NCBI GenBank assembly: GCA_045805065.1
Contig: JBJMMA010000060.1
Coordinates: forward strand, 1 to 64,000
Direction of reading: 5' to 3'
DNA: 64,000 bases
Origin: Bdellovibrionia bacterium
Lineage (GTDB): Bacteria > Bdellovibrionota > UBA1018
Positions 46,233 to 55,933 of the stretch are shown here, piece after piece. The position numbers and the translations under genes are program-made. Within the stretch, counting starts at the first letter, position 1. Every line of letters starts with the position of its first letter. The notes below the pieces were generated by a model. That model was not told the DNA's origin, ran no database searches, and saw only the letters and a list, made by a program, of their open reading frames with translations.

Positions 46233-47150
46233 ATGACCCGAAAACGTTCTGCTGTGTCCGTCATCTCAAGTGCGAAGTCCCTGTTTTTGGCGTTGGGGGC
46301 TTTGGGAGTAACAACGCTTGCGAATGCGGCCACGCCGTTCATTCCGACTGCGATCCTGGTCGATAAAAACACGAACCAGCTTCATGTGACTCGCTATGAA
46401 AACGGCGAGTATCGCATCCTGAAGACCTATCATGCCACTTTGGGAAAAGTGAAAGGCGATAAGCAGGACGAAGGGGACCTTAAAACCCCTGAAGGGATCT
46501 ACACGTTCAAAGCGTTTTTGACGCCGCCATCACTGTCCAAAAAGTTTGGGAAGATGGCTTTTTACGTCAGCTATCCCAATACGTACGATGAGCTTGCCGG
46601 TCACACTGGAAACAACATCATGCTTCATGCGACGGACACGCCCGAGCGTCTGAAGCAGGAGTTCGATAGCCTGGGTTGTGTCGTGGTGAAGGATCAGGAG
46701 ATTGCGGAGATCAAGCCTTACATCAAGTTAGGCCTGACGCCGATCTTGATCTTCCCTGAGTTGACTCCTGAGTACATGAAGCCCGGTCAGGACAATACTC
46801 TGGTGAGCTTCTTTAAGAGCTGGATCAAGTCCTGGGAGACGAAGAGCCTGGATGACTATATCGCTCACTATCATTCGGACTTCTCGGCTCAGGGCAAGGA
46901 CAAGGCCGCATGGAGAGCTTTTAAAGCGACTTTGAATAAGAAGTACGCCAGCATCGAGATCAATCCGGAGAGCGTCCTTTATTACCGCCATCCCAAGTAC
47001 TCGATGATCACTTTCACCCAGAACTATCGCTCCAAGCTGGTGGGCGGAGGCTGGGGACATCGCTCGCATGGGACGAAGATTCTCTACATCGCGGAAGAAG
47101 CGGGTCAGCCTAAGATCATTGCAGAGACTTTCTCGAATCTGAGTTGGTAA
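46233..47150 (+). CDS. L,D-transpeptidase-family (L,D-carboxypeptidase) protein with C-terminal NTF2-like domain
   Basis: Signal peptide; K..EGD.KTPEGIY, YPN, I.LH......SLGCV; W..SWE......YI..Y..DF; TTGACA-N18-TAATAT promoter. Confidence 0.85.
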   Translation: MTRKRSAVSVISSAKSLFLALGALGVTTLANAATPFIPTAILVDKNTNQLHVTRYENGEYRILKTYHATLGKVKGDKQDEGDLKTPEGIYTFKAFLTPPSLSKKFGKMAFYVSYPNTYDELAGHTGNNIMLHATDTPERLKQEFDSLGCVVVKDQEIAEIKPYIKLGLTPILIFPELTPEYMKPGQDNTLVSFFKSWIKSWETKSLDDYIAHYHSDFSAQGKDKAAWRAFKATLNKKYASIEINPESVLYYRHPKYSMITFTQNYRSKLVGGGWGHRSHGTKILYIAEEAGQPKIIAETFSNLSW

Positions 47151-47186
47151 GAGTCGTCCCTGACTCTCGACCTCATTCAGTTCAGA

Positions 47187-48296
47187 TTAGTCTTGCTGGA
47201 CAGGACCATTGATGCCGGAGACGGATCCAATCGTGCCGCCAATGACGTGCACGCCTCCGTCGGCATTTGAAACAGAGTCAACGTTTCCATCGATGACAAT
47301 GATGTGACCGTGAGCTCCTACGATGGATCCTACGTCCATACCGCAGACAAAGATACTGCCATGGTTCTCATTGATTTTCTGAATCCGCGGCTGCTGCTCA
47401 GAAGAAGGTAATTTTCTTCCAACGAGAACCAAGTGGCCATCGCCGTCTGAGATCGAAACCACAGAGTTGGCACTCACAGCAGGTGAGCCATGGACGCTTT
47501 GGATCGAAGCGATCTGTTGAGCAATAATCGTGCTATTGCCGCCGATATCATTGATCGTTCCAACCATGACTGCGTTCAAGTCAGCGCCGCCACTAATATG
47601 AGAAACCTCGAGGATGCTGCGGGCAATGGCTTTGACACCGCCATGGATTTGCGAAATGACGTTGATAGTCTCTCCCGCAGAAATGGATAATGAGCTGTTC
47701 GTGCCCACATAGGATGCCGCTGGCATCTGGACGACGGGCTTGTCTTCGTAGACGATTTTTTGATCACGAAGCTTGATGGCCTTTCTGCATTGTGCGACCG
47801 CTTCATTCGCTTCCGGATCGTTTCCGTAGTTAGGTTTACTCGATGGCGATGCGCTAGGCTTAGGCGAAGGCATGTCAGAAGGCTTAGACGAAGGCTGAGA
47901 TGAAGGTTGGCCAATCGGCTGCGACGAAGGCATGCCAGAAGGCATCGACGAAGGTTGGCCACTAGGCTGCGACGAAGGTTGTGAAGAAGGCATGCCTGAT
48001 GGCATCGAAGAAGGCTGACCCGAAGGCATTGGCATCGGGTTAGGCAATCCCGGAATCGATGAAGGCATTGGCATCGGGTTAGGATGACCGCTCGGCATTG
48101 ATGAAGGCATTGACGATGGAGACGCTGATGGTTCTGGAGCTATGTCTCCAGGAGTGGGAGCTGCGAGATTTGCTCCGCTATTTGGCTGAACGCCAGGGAC
48201 GGATTTTACGTCATAGGGCGTCTCGCAAGCCGTGAGAAGGCCGATGCTTGAAAGCGTCGTGCACATCAACAATGAAAACTTATTGTTCTTCCCCAT
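47187..48296 (-). CDS. Lipoprotein with Pro/Ser tetrapeptide-repeat stalk and a predicted beta-solenoid C-domain
   Basis: Lipobox LTAC; (PSSM/PSGQ/PSSQ)n; ~17-aa I..I.GG-type repeats. Confidence 0.8.
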   Translation of the reverse strand: MGKNNKFSLLMCTTLSSIGLLTACETPYDVKSVPGVQPNSGANLAAPTPGDIAPEPSASPSSMPSSMPSGHPNPMPMPSSIPGLPNPMPMPSGQPSSMPSGMPSSQPSSQPSGQPSSMPSGMPSSQPIGQPSSQPSSKPSDMPSPKPSASPSSKPNYGNDPEANEAVAQCRKAIKLRDQKIVYEDKPVVQMPAASYVGTNSSLSISAGETINVISQIHGGVKAIARSILEVSHISGGADLNAVMVGTINDIGGNSTIIAQQIASIQSVHGSPAVSANSVVSISDGDGHLVLVGRKLPSSEQQPRIQKINENHGSIFVCGMDVGSIVGAHGHIIVIDGNVDSVSNADGGVHVIGGTIGSVSGINGPVQQD

Positions 48297-48323
48297 GAGT
48301 ATAGAACCCCCAGGCGCTTATGC

Positions 48324-48340
48324 AGCAAGCCATATGCCTG
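48324..48340 (-). promoter_or_regulatory. sigma54-like promoter
   Basis: Minus strand CAGGCATATGGCTTGCT (GG-N10-GC); palindrome TCGACaCTTCTcAGAAGaGTCGA at ~48386-48408 upstream could be an enhancer site. Confidence 0.6.
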
Positions 48341-48447
48341 GAGGTTCTGTTCAAAAAGCCTTAGAATTAGAGCGCGTGTACGATTCGACACTTCTCAGAA
48401 GAGTCGACACTGCATAATTCTTAAACGCTTAATTTTATTGATTAAGT

Positions 48448-49749
48448 CTATTGTCCAAGCGCTGAAAGCTGCGCTTGAACCTTGCTTAAAGAGGACTCGA
48501 TCTTCTTATAATAGGCCTCGTAGAAGCGGGCGAACTCTTTTGAGCGGAGCCGAGGAGGCTGAATGGCCGAGCCAGTGGCGCGCGCTTGATAGATCTCATC
48601 GAGCTCATCAATAGAGAGCTTGGAGCTGAGGGCGCTCTCATACTTGGCTTTGAAGTAGCGCAGGTTTTCCACGATATCGGAGTAACGAGCCTCGCGATTG
48701 ATGCGGTTAAAATCAGCGCGCTTTGGGCTTACTCCTGGAACGCTTAAGACAAAGAAATCACTGTTCGTGTCATAAAGCGCGTTGTTCTGATGCATGCGGT
48801 GATTATCCGTCAAAACTCCTGGCTGGGTCATCATCCAGTCCTGCTCAAGAAGCGCTTTGCGTTTGTAGGGATCAAGATAGAACGCAACAACATCGTTCAA
48901 GTCCACGTCGTTTCCTTGGCTTTCGAGATCAATGTACTCGTTGCCTGGGATCGCAAGGTTAAAGGCTTGCTTTGCGATATTCTTATCCGTTGCGTAAGGG
49001 CGAAGAAGTCCAGGTGCTGCAATCGCGTTGTGGGTCGTGTGCGTGCAGTTGTTGTAGACGCCGCTCCACTCGTAGTCGTCATTCTTTTGGTAAAAGTCAT
49101 TGAGCGAGTTGAGATAATCAACCATCGGTTGAAGCATCTTGCGCTCGACTGGAATGCGCGAGCAATAAACGTTGCGGCCGAGGTTCAAGCCGAACTCGGT
49201 CGCAAGCGTGGTGCGTACGATGTACTCATCATCGGACATGCTCTTAGGCTTATCCTTCATGTACTGAGGATGGATTTTGATTCCCTTGAAGAGATTCAGG
49301 GCCTGGACGTGTTGGACGATGCCGTCTTGGGTTGCTTGATCCAGGCGTTGAGCTTCAGAAAGGTTCGCCGTGATGAGAAGGCTCTTTCCGTCCGAGGCCA
49401 TCCAATTGGCGTTTTGAAAAATCTGATCCACGCTGATCGAGGTGCCTGCTTCAGGATTGGAGAGATCGATTGAGCCTTCGTCGCAAAGCTTAAGGCGTGG
49501 GTAACTTGCAGAAGTGTCTCGGCAGACGCCCTTCATATAGAGAACGCCGTGGCCGCCGGTGCCTCCGCCGTTGGTGCCGTCGAGAGGCTTAAGCTGCGTC
49601 ACTGCGCAGAACTCAGCGTAGTAGGGATAAAGCTGATCATAGGAGGAAGCTGGGGAAGCCAGGGATGCCTGTCCCGGGACTGCACTGAGAAGCATCAGTG
49701 GAAGGGCCCAATTTGAATAGGTTTTATTCAGCTTTTGAGACATTTTCAT
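48448..49749 (-). CDS. Secreted hypothetical protein, possible permuted papain-like (His...Cys) enzyme
   Basis: Signal peptide; GGHGVLY and Y.WS..YNNCTH motifs. Confidence 0.7.
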   Translation of the reverse strand: MKMSQKLNKTYSNWALPLMLLSAVPGQASLASPASSYDQLYPYYAEFCAVTQLKPLDGTNGGGTGGHGVLYMKGVCRDTSASYPRLKLCDEGSIDLSNPEAGTSISVDQIFQNANWMASDGKSLLITANLSEAQRLDQATQDGIVQHVQALNLFKGIKIHPQYMKDKPKSMSDDEYIVRTTLATEFGLNLGRNVYCSRIPVERKMLQPMVDYLNSLNDFYQKNDDYEWSGVYNNCTHTTHNAIAAPGLLRPYATDKNIAKQAFNLAIPGNEYIDLESQGNDVDLNDVVAFYLDPYKRKALLEQDWMMTQPGVLTDNHRMHQNNALYDTNSDFFVLSVPGVSPKRADFNRINREARYSDIVENLRYFKAKYESALSSKLSIDELDEIYQARATGSAIQPPRLRSKEFARFYEAYYKKIESSLSKVQAQLSALGQ

Positions 49750-49841
49750 GGGCCGGATTTCTCATGCTGTACTTAATAAGTCAAATATTGAAAAAGCGAT
49801 TATCGTTAAGGGCTTAGGTGTGGTATTTCCGTAGGACTCGT

Positions 49842-51128
49842 ATGTCTACTCAAGTCGTTCAGTCCATTAAAGTGGATACGCTCATTATCGGTGCCGGTGT
49901 TATTGGCAGCAGTGTGGCGATGCATCTTGCTGAGCTCTCATCCAAGCAAGGAGGCGAGGCTCACTCAGGCGAGATTCGCTGCGTGGATTTTGATCTCGAA
50001 GGCGGTCTGAGTAGTTCAGAGCTGAACGCAGGCGGAGTACGCGCAACTTGGAATCAGCCCATCAATATTCGCATGGCGCAGCATACGATCGATTACTTTG
50101 CTGAGAACGCAGAAGCTGTGGGCTACCACGCCTGCGGATATCTCTGGCTTCAAACGCCTGAAAAACTTCCTGCATCGCTCAAAGCTCGCGAGCGCCAGAT
50201 TGCCATGGGTTGGCCTGTCGAAGCCTGGGACCTTTCGGAACTTAAGAGACGCATTCCATTCATTGATAAGACCGATGATCTGGCAGGCGCTGTCTTTGGA
50301 TCTCGCGATGGATTGGTCAATCCTAACCGTGTGAAAAATCATTTCCGCGAAAAAGCTCGTGCAAAGGGCGCGCGCTTTGATGATCGCACGCTGGTGCGCT
50401 CGGCTGAATACCAGGCGGATGGAAGCCTGCGCGTGATTTGCGAGCGCTATCCTGCGGCGATGGATACGGATCAGAAAATTGAAGCTCTTTCGGATCGCCC
50501 CGTTCCGGGCGTCCCTGTTGAGAGAATTGAGTATCATGCGCAACGCGTGGTCAATTGTGCAGGCCCGTGGGCAAAGCCAATTGCCAAGATTCTGGGTTAC
50601 GATAGCCCGGTTTATTCGCAACGCCGCCAAATCTGCATCTTTGATTGCCGGGACGTGGATCTGACCAAGTATGGAATGATGATCGATACGTCGGGCGTGT
50701 ATTTTCATCCCGAGGCGACCAATGGACTTGCTGGATGGGCCAATCATGACGAGCCTCATGGCGTGAATTACTCCTATGATGGCGAGTCATTTTTCATGGA
50801 GCATATCTGGCCTGCTTTGTATGAGCGCTCCACTGCGTTTGAAAAGCTCAAGCACGTGACGGGCTGGGCAGGCCTTTATGAGGTATCGCCGGATGAAAGC
50901 GCGATCATTGGCGCTGTTGAAACAGGTGACCCTGCGCGCGCTGGTGCTCGGGGTCGGGTTTTTGAAGCGCATTCTTTCTCTGGTCATGGCGTCATGCACA
51001 GCCATAGCGCAGGCTTGGCTGTGGCGGAGCTTATGCTTCAAGGCAAGTATTCGAACATGGATGTCTCGGAGTTATCCGCGGCTCGCTTTGCGTTGGGCCG
51101 GGAAGTTCGCGAAACAGCGATTATTTAA
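49842..51128 (+). CDS. FAD-dependent oxidoreductase (DAO/sarcosine oxidase beta-like)
   Basis: IIGAGVIG.S.A, NAGGVR, VNCAGPW, WAGLYE.SPD..AIIG, FSGHG.M. Confidence 0.9.
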   Translation: MSTQVVQSIKVDTLIIGAGVIGSSVAMHLAELSSKQGGEAHSGEIRCVDFDLEGGLSSSELNAGGVRATWNQPINIRMAQHTIDYFAENAEAVGYHACGYLWLQTPEKLPASLKARERQIAMGWPVEAWDLSELKRRIPFIDKTDDLAGAVFGSRDGLVNPNRVKNHFREKARAKGARFDDRTLVRSAEYQADGSLRVICERYPAAMDTDQKIEALSDRPVPGVPVERIEYHAQRVVNCAGPWAKPIAKILGYDSPVYSQRRQICIFDCRDVDLTKYGMMIDTSGVYFHPEATNGLAGWANHDEPHGVNYSYDGESFFMEHIWPALYERSTAFEKLKHVTGWAGLYEVSPDESAIIGAVETGDPARAGARGRVFEAHSFSGHGVMHSHSAGLAVAELMLQGKYSNMDVSELSAARFALGREVRETAII

Positions 51129-51195
51129 TCCCATTCCTGAAGAAGACTCTTCGCTCCGTCTGAGTTGTTGGGTTAGACTTTGAGCTAACTCATTT

Positions 51196-52338
51196 ATGGG
51201 CGCGATCAGCGAACTTCATCCAAGCGAATTCCCAAGAACTCATCAAGTGCTTGAGCAGGGCCTCAAAGACGGCGTTGCTCCGGGATTTGTCGTTGGAGTT
51301 TTGGATATGCGTCGCCCGGATCCATTTTTAGTTACGGCTCGTGGTCAGAGAAGAGTGGAGCCGTCGCCGCTCCCGATGCGTCCTGACACTATTTTTGACA
51401 TCGCGTCCGTCTCAAAGGTTTTTGCGACAGCGACTCTGGCTGGTGTCTTAGTCGAGCGGGGATGGGTTTCTTGGAATACGCGGCTTTCTTCGATTTTTCC
51501 TGATTATCCTTCGCGCAGTATCGAGCTTGAACATTTGCTCTCTCACACGGCAGGATTTCCTTGGTGGGAGCCGTTCTGGGAAAAGCTAAGAGCCCAGTTC
51601 GCGCCTCGATCCCTTTCTGAAATACCGGTCGCCAGCCGGCAGTCCGCCATGAGGAAATGGATCATGGCTTGTTCACCTGCGGTATCTCCAGGCGAGCGGG
51701 TAGAGTACTCGGATGTCTCGTTTCTTCTTTTAGGATTTGCCCTGGAGGAAGTCACCGGTATGCCGTTGGATCGGGCGGTTCGCCGCTTTCTTTGGGAGCC
51801 GATGGGACTATTGGATCAGGGCAGGGGGCCATACTATCGGCGCACAATCACGAGCGCCGCTCAAATCAATGAGGATGTCGCCGCTACTGAGCTCAGTCCT
51901 TGGCACCAAACGGTTCTTCAGGGGCAGGTTCACGATGAGAACTGTTGGGCTATGGGGGGCTATGGCGGGCACGCTGGCGTGTTTGCCAGGGCGGAGGATC
52001 TTCTTCGCTTTTCAAAAGCGCTCTTGGACGGATTTTTGAGCCAGCACACGCTCACGGAGATGTGGTCGCGGGTTTCGCGTCCGGCAGGATGCGAGAGGAC
52101 CCGGGGATGGGATTCTGTGTCCGCCCAGGGATCATCCGCCGGTCGGTATTTTTCAACAAGCTCAGTTGGACATCTGGGCTTTACCGGGACTTCGCTCTGG
52201 ATTGATCCCCAGGCACGACTTGCCGTGACGCTGCTGTCCAATCGTGTTCACCCCACAAGAGAGAACATCAAGATTCGCGCGTTTAGGCCGCTGCTTCATG
52301 ATGCGGTTCGTGAAGATTTTGCGAATCTCGGTCGTTGA
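51196..52338 (+). CDS. Serine hydrolase, beta-lactamase class C family
   Basis: FDIASVSK, LLSHTAG, YSD, VHDEN, GHAG.F, GHLGFTGTSLWIDP, LSNRVHP. Confidence 0.92.
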   Translation: MGAISELHPSEFPRTHQVLEQGLKDGVAPGFVVGVLDMRRPDPFLVTARGQRRVEPSPLPMRPDTIFDIASVSKVFATATLAGVLVERGWVSWNTRLSSIFPDYPSRSIELEHLLSHTAGFPWWEPFWEKLRAQFAPRSLSEIPVASRQSAMRKWIMACSPAVSPGERVEYSDVSFLLLGFALEEVTGMPLDRAVRRFLWEPMGLLDQGRGPYYRRTITSAAQINEDVAATELSPWHQTVLQGQVHDENCWAMGGYGGHAGVFARAEDLLRFSKALLDGFLSQHTLTEMWSRVSRPAGCERTRGWDSVSAQGSSAGRYFSTSSVGHLGFTGTSLWIDPQARLAVTLLSNRVHPTRENIKIRAFRPLLHDAVREDFANLGR

Positions 52339-52369
52339 CTCTCGCCGCAGGACCAGTTCAAGATAAGTT

Positions 52370-53812
52370 ATGGAGCTCACACTAAATAATCTTAAAAAAG
52401 TCCATATTGTCGGAGTCTGCGGAACTCTCATGGGAGCCTTCGCAGCGTTTCTGAAGCGTAGCGGGATCGAAGTTACGGGAAGCGATCAGAACGTTTATCC
52501 TCCGATGAGCGATGTGCTCCGTGATGCCGGCGTCGTTTTGTTCAACGGCTACAGCGCAGAGAACATCACGAAGATGGCCCAAAAGCCTGATCTTGTCGTG
52601 ATCGGGAATGTTATTCAGAGCTCCAATCCTGAAGCGCGCGCGGCCATTGATGGAGGCTATCGCTATTCGTCTCTTCCTGAAGCGATGGAGCAGCTCATGC
52701 TTCCCAAGACGCGCAACCTGGTTGTTTCCGGAACTCACGGAAAGACAACCACCTCAAGTCTTCTTGCGCACACGTTGAACGTCGTTGGCAAGAAGCCCAG
52801 CTATTTTATCGGTGGCGTCTCGCACGACCTTCCTTTCAGTTTCAATGTGGGTAGCGTTGAGCCTGGAAGTCTTTTCGTTCTGGAAGGCGATGAGTACGAT
52901 ACCGCTTTCTGGGATAAGGTTCCGAAGTTCAATCACTACCTTCCGAACGATGTGATCCTGACCTCGGTCGAGTATGATCACGCCGACATCTATCCTGACT
53001 TCCAGGCAGTCGTCCGCGCGTTTGAAGGCCTCATGACTCGTATCCGCGAAGGCGGAAGACTCATTGCCTGTTTTGATTATCCTGTCATCAAGGATCTCGC
53101 CAAGATGGCAAAGGTCCCGACCATTAGCTATGGCGCAAACGCAGCCACTGGAGCGCGTTTTACGCCAGGTAAGATCACCGTGGATGGTGGCTGGACCCAC
53201 TTTGAGATTCTTGAAAACGGAAAGAAAGTGGATGAGCTCACGCTCAATCTTCCTGGCACGCACAATGTCCTGAATGCTTTGGCGGTCTGGATCGAGTGCC
53301 GTGAGCTTGGTATCCCTGCTGATGAGCTTCGTGCCGCGATGAAGTCGTTCCGAGGCGTCAAGCGCCGTCAGGAAGAGCGTGGAGAAGTGAAGGGCGTTCT
53401 GGTGATCGATGATTTCGCTCATCATCCGACGGCCGTGCGCGAAACGCTTCGCGCGCTTCGCAAAAAATATTCAGGCCGCAGGCTCGTTACCGTGTTCGAA
53501 CCTCGAAGCGCGACCTCGCGGCGCAAGGTTTTCCAAAAAGACTATGCCGAGGCCTTCGGAGAGGCTGATGCGATACATATCGCGGTCCCTTATGACCAGA
53601 CCCGGATCAAGCCAGAAGATCAATTCTCAAGTGATCAACTTGTTGCCGACCTCGTGAACGGCGGTAAACAGGCTTATCTCTTCAATTCTGTTGAGGAAGG
53701 TGTCTCTGAGATTGCTCAAAAGTCGCGCTCGGGCGACGTCGTGGCGGTGCTCTCGAACGGGGGATTTGGCGGATTTATCCCGAAGCTTCTCGATCTTCTC
53801 GCTAAGCGCTAA
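52370..53812 (+). CDS. mpl: UDP-MurNAc:L-Ala-gamma-D-Glu-mDAP ligase (murein peptide ligase)
   Basis: GVCGT.MG, GSD.NVYPPMS, GTHGKTTT, EGDEYD.AF.DK.PKF.HY, DDFAHHPTA, SNGGFGG. Confidence 0.92.
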   Translation: MELTLNNLKKVHIVGVCGTLMGAFAAFLKRSGIEVTGSDQNVYPPMSDVLRDAGVVLFNGYSAENITKMAQKPDLVVIGNVIQSSNPEARAAIDGGYRYSSLPEAMEQLMLPKTRNLVVSGTHGKTTTSSLLAHTLNVVGKKPSYFIGGVSHDLPFSFNVGSVEPGSLFVLEGDEYDTAFWDKVPKFNHYLPNDVILTSVEYDHADIYPDFQAVVRAFEGLMTRIREGGRLIACFDYPVIKDLAKMAKVPTISYGANAATGARFTPGKITVDGGWTHFEILENGKKVDELTLNLPGTHNVLNALAVWIECRELGIPADELRAAMKSFRGVKRRQEERGEVKGVLVIDDFAHHPTAVRETLRALRKKYSGRRLVTVFEPRSATSRRKVFQKDYAEAFGEADAIHIAVPYDQTRIKPEDQFSSDQLVADLVNGGKQAYLFNSVEEGVSEIAQKSRSGDVVAVLSNGGFGGFIPKLLDLLAKR

Positions 53813-53828
53813 GTCAGAAAAATGACGC

Positions 53829-53856
53829 TATAGTTTTAGTGATTTTGCGCCGATAA
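53829..53856 (+). promoter_or_regulatory. sigma28-like promoter
   Basis: TATAG-N15-GCCGATAA upstream of the kinase. Confidence 0.65.
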
Positions 53857-53876
53857 TTTCAGGGCGAGGGAACTGC

Positions 53877-55904
53877 ATGGCCGACGGCCCGAAGAAATTT
53901 GGACGCTATTTTCTGCTAGATCTCCTAGCCCAAGGGGGCATGGCAGAGATCTATCGTGCGCGTCTTGCTTCGGCGGACGGCGCAGGACGCGTTATTGTCA
54001 TCAAGAGAATTCAATCGGGACATGGAGCGGACCAGGAGTTCATCCAGATGTTCCGCTCTGAGATCAAAGTCACTATGGGATTCAATCATCCCAATATCGT
54101 GCAGCTTTATGATTTCGGCGAGGAAAACAGCCAGCCCTATATCGCCATGGAGTGGGTGGATGGAAAAAACCTTCGCCAGCTCATGGCGCGCTTTCATGAG
54201 CTCAAACAAAGATTTCCGGTCGATCTTGCAGTCCAGATCATCGAACAAGCAGCGTGTGGCCTCAACTACGCGCATCACTTCAAAGATAAGATCACGGGCA
54301 ATGCGCTGAACATCGTTCATCGGGATATCAGCCCGCAGAATCTCATCATCTCGTTTGAAGGCTCGGTTAAAGTCATCGACTTTGGTATCGCCAAGGCGAG
54401 CGTGAACTCCGAAGCAACTCGCGCAGGCGTCATCAAAGGAAAGCCAAGCTATCTTTCGCCTGAGCAGATCAACGGCGATGCGCTGGATGGCAGATCCGAT
54501 ATTTTCTCGCTGGGAACGGTACTTTGGGAGCTTCTGGCTGGTAAAAAGCTTTTCTCAGGCGATAGCGACCTTGCGATTCTCAAGCAGATTGAGAGCTGCA
54601 ATACGCACGTGAAGCCTCCATCCACCATCAATCCGGATGTTCCCCCTGAGCTGGATTACATCGTTCTCAGGTCTCTCGCAAAACATCGGGACAAACGCTA
54701 CCAAACGGCAGAAGAATTTCAGCGCGCTTTGCATAAGTTCCTTTACGCGCACACGCCGGAGTTCAATCCGTCCGATCTGGCGTATTATGCCAAGGATCTC
54801 TTCAAGAACGAGATCGTCGAGGACCGCAAGAAGATCCAGAAGCTCAACGATGAAGTTGAGCGCCTGATGAGCAGCATGATCGTAGCTGAAGCGCCATTGG
54901 CAATCGAAGGTTTTGGTTCAGCCATGAATCCATCTTCCTCCAAAGTGGAGAAGGAAGGTGATTCGACCATGATTGCCACGAAGGCCAAGCCCGGTCTTAA
55001 TATTTACGAGGCACCGTTGAACGGCGCGCCGATCGATGTGGTTCCGGACGACTCGATCGCAATGACCAGCATTCGTCGTAATTCAACGCCGATGTCCAAC
55101 GGCTCGTTTACCACGACAGTGAAGTCTCGCTCGGTTCAATTTGAGAAATCCAGGCAGATGCGCTCGTCGCCCAAGAAGAGTGGGGGAGGGTTTGCCGGCA
55201 TTGCCGCTGCCCTGGCTCTTGTCGTGGGTGGCGCATTCTTCTTTGGAAAAGATTTGAAGCTTCCATTCATGGATGGCATCCAAGTCGTCAAGAGCACTCA
55301 CACGGGTGAGCGCAATCCTGGAAGTTTGGGAAGTTTGGGAAGCTTGGGAAGTGTGGGAAGTGTGGGAAGTGCGGATGGAAGTCAGACGAGCGCGGACCCT
55401 GCGACCAAAGAAGCATCCAACCCGCATCGGGCTAAAGATATCGTCCTGAAATTGAATTTGACTCCGGGTGGCGGCAGTCCTCTGATCAAGCTCAATGGAC
55501 AATCCATTGATCCGGATAGAGCTGCGGTTCGCGTGCCGATGGATACGCTGCTTGAACTTTCGGTTGAACGAAGGGGTTATAAAGCGGTGAACCGCCAGTT
55601 CTTCATCGAGTCCTCAAAAGTAGGGGATCTGGGACAATGGAACATGGACGTGCAGCTTGAGCCTTCCGAGTTTGGAACGCTCTACATCAGCACCACTCCG
55701 AGCGCAGAAGCCATGATTCTTATGGATGGCAAGCCTTGGGTGAAGAACACGCCATTCGACAAAGAGATCATGCTGCCTGTTGGTACCTACCTGGTCCAAA
55801 TGACCAATAAAGGGCTAGGAATGGGCAAGACGATCAAGGTCTCCATCGAGCGGAACAAGTCGCTTCGATTGGAAGACATTCACCTGGATGACCTCGAGAA
55901 GTAA
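53877..55904 (+). CDS. Hanks-type Ser/Thr protein kinase with TM helix and PEGA-like C-terminal domains
   Basis: GGMAEIY, VIKRI, HRDISPQN, VIDFGIAK, YLSPEQ, SDIFSLG. Confidence 0.95.
   Translation: MADGPKKFGRYFLLDLLAQGGMAEIYRARLASADGAGRVIVIKRIQSGHGADQEFIQMFRSEIKVTMGFNHPNIVQLYDFGEENSQPYIAMEWVDGKNLRQLMARFHELKQRFPVDLAVQIIEQAACGLNYAHHFKDKITGNALNIVHRDISPQNLIISFEGSVKVIDFGIAKASVNSEATRAGVIKGKPSYLSPEQINGDALDGRSDIFSLGTVLWELLAGKKLFSGDSDLAILKQIESCNTHVKPPSTINPDVPPELDYIVLRSLAKHRDKRYQTAEEFQRALHKFLYAHTPEFNPSDLAYYAKDLFKNEIVEDRKKIQKLNDEVERLMSSMIVAEAPLAIEGFGSAMNPSSSKVEKEGDSTMIATKAKPGLNIYEAPLNGAPIDVVPDDSIAMTSIRRNSTPMSNGSFTTTVKSRSVQFEKSRQMRSSPKKSGGGFAGIAAALALVVGGAFFFGKDLKLPFMDGIQVVKSTHTGERNPGSLGSLGSLGSVGSVGSADGSQTSADPATKEASNPHRAKDIVLKLNLTPGGGSPLIKLNGQSIDPDRAAVRVPMDTLLELSVERRGYKAVNRQFFIESSKVGDLGQWNMDVQLEPSEFGTLYISTTPSAEAMILMDGKPWVKNTPFDKEIMLPVGTYLVQMTNKGLGMGKTIKVSIERNKSLRLEDIHLDDLEK
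55320..55373 (+). repeat. 6 x 9-bp in-frame tandem repeat (GGAAGYNYG) encoding GSLGSLGSLGSVGSVGSA
   Basis: Read directly from the sequence. Confidence 0.9.
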
Positions 55905-55933
55905 AACGGAGAAGTGATCCCGAGAAGCCAGTC

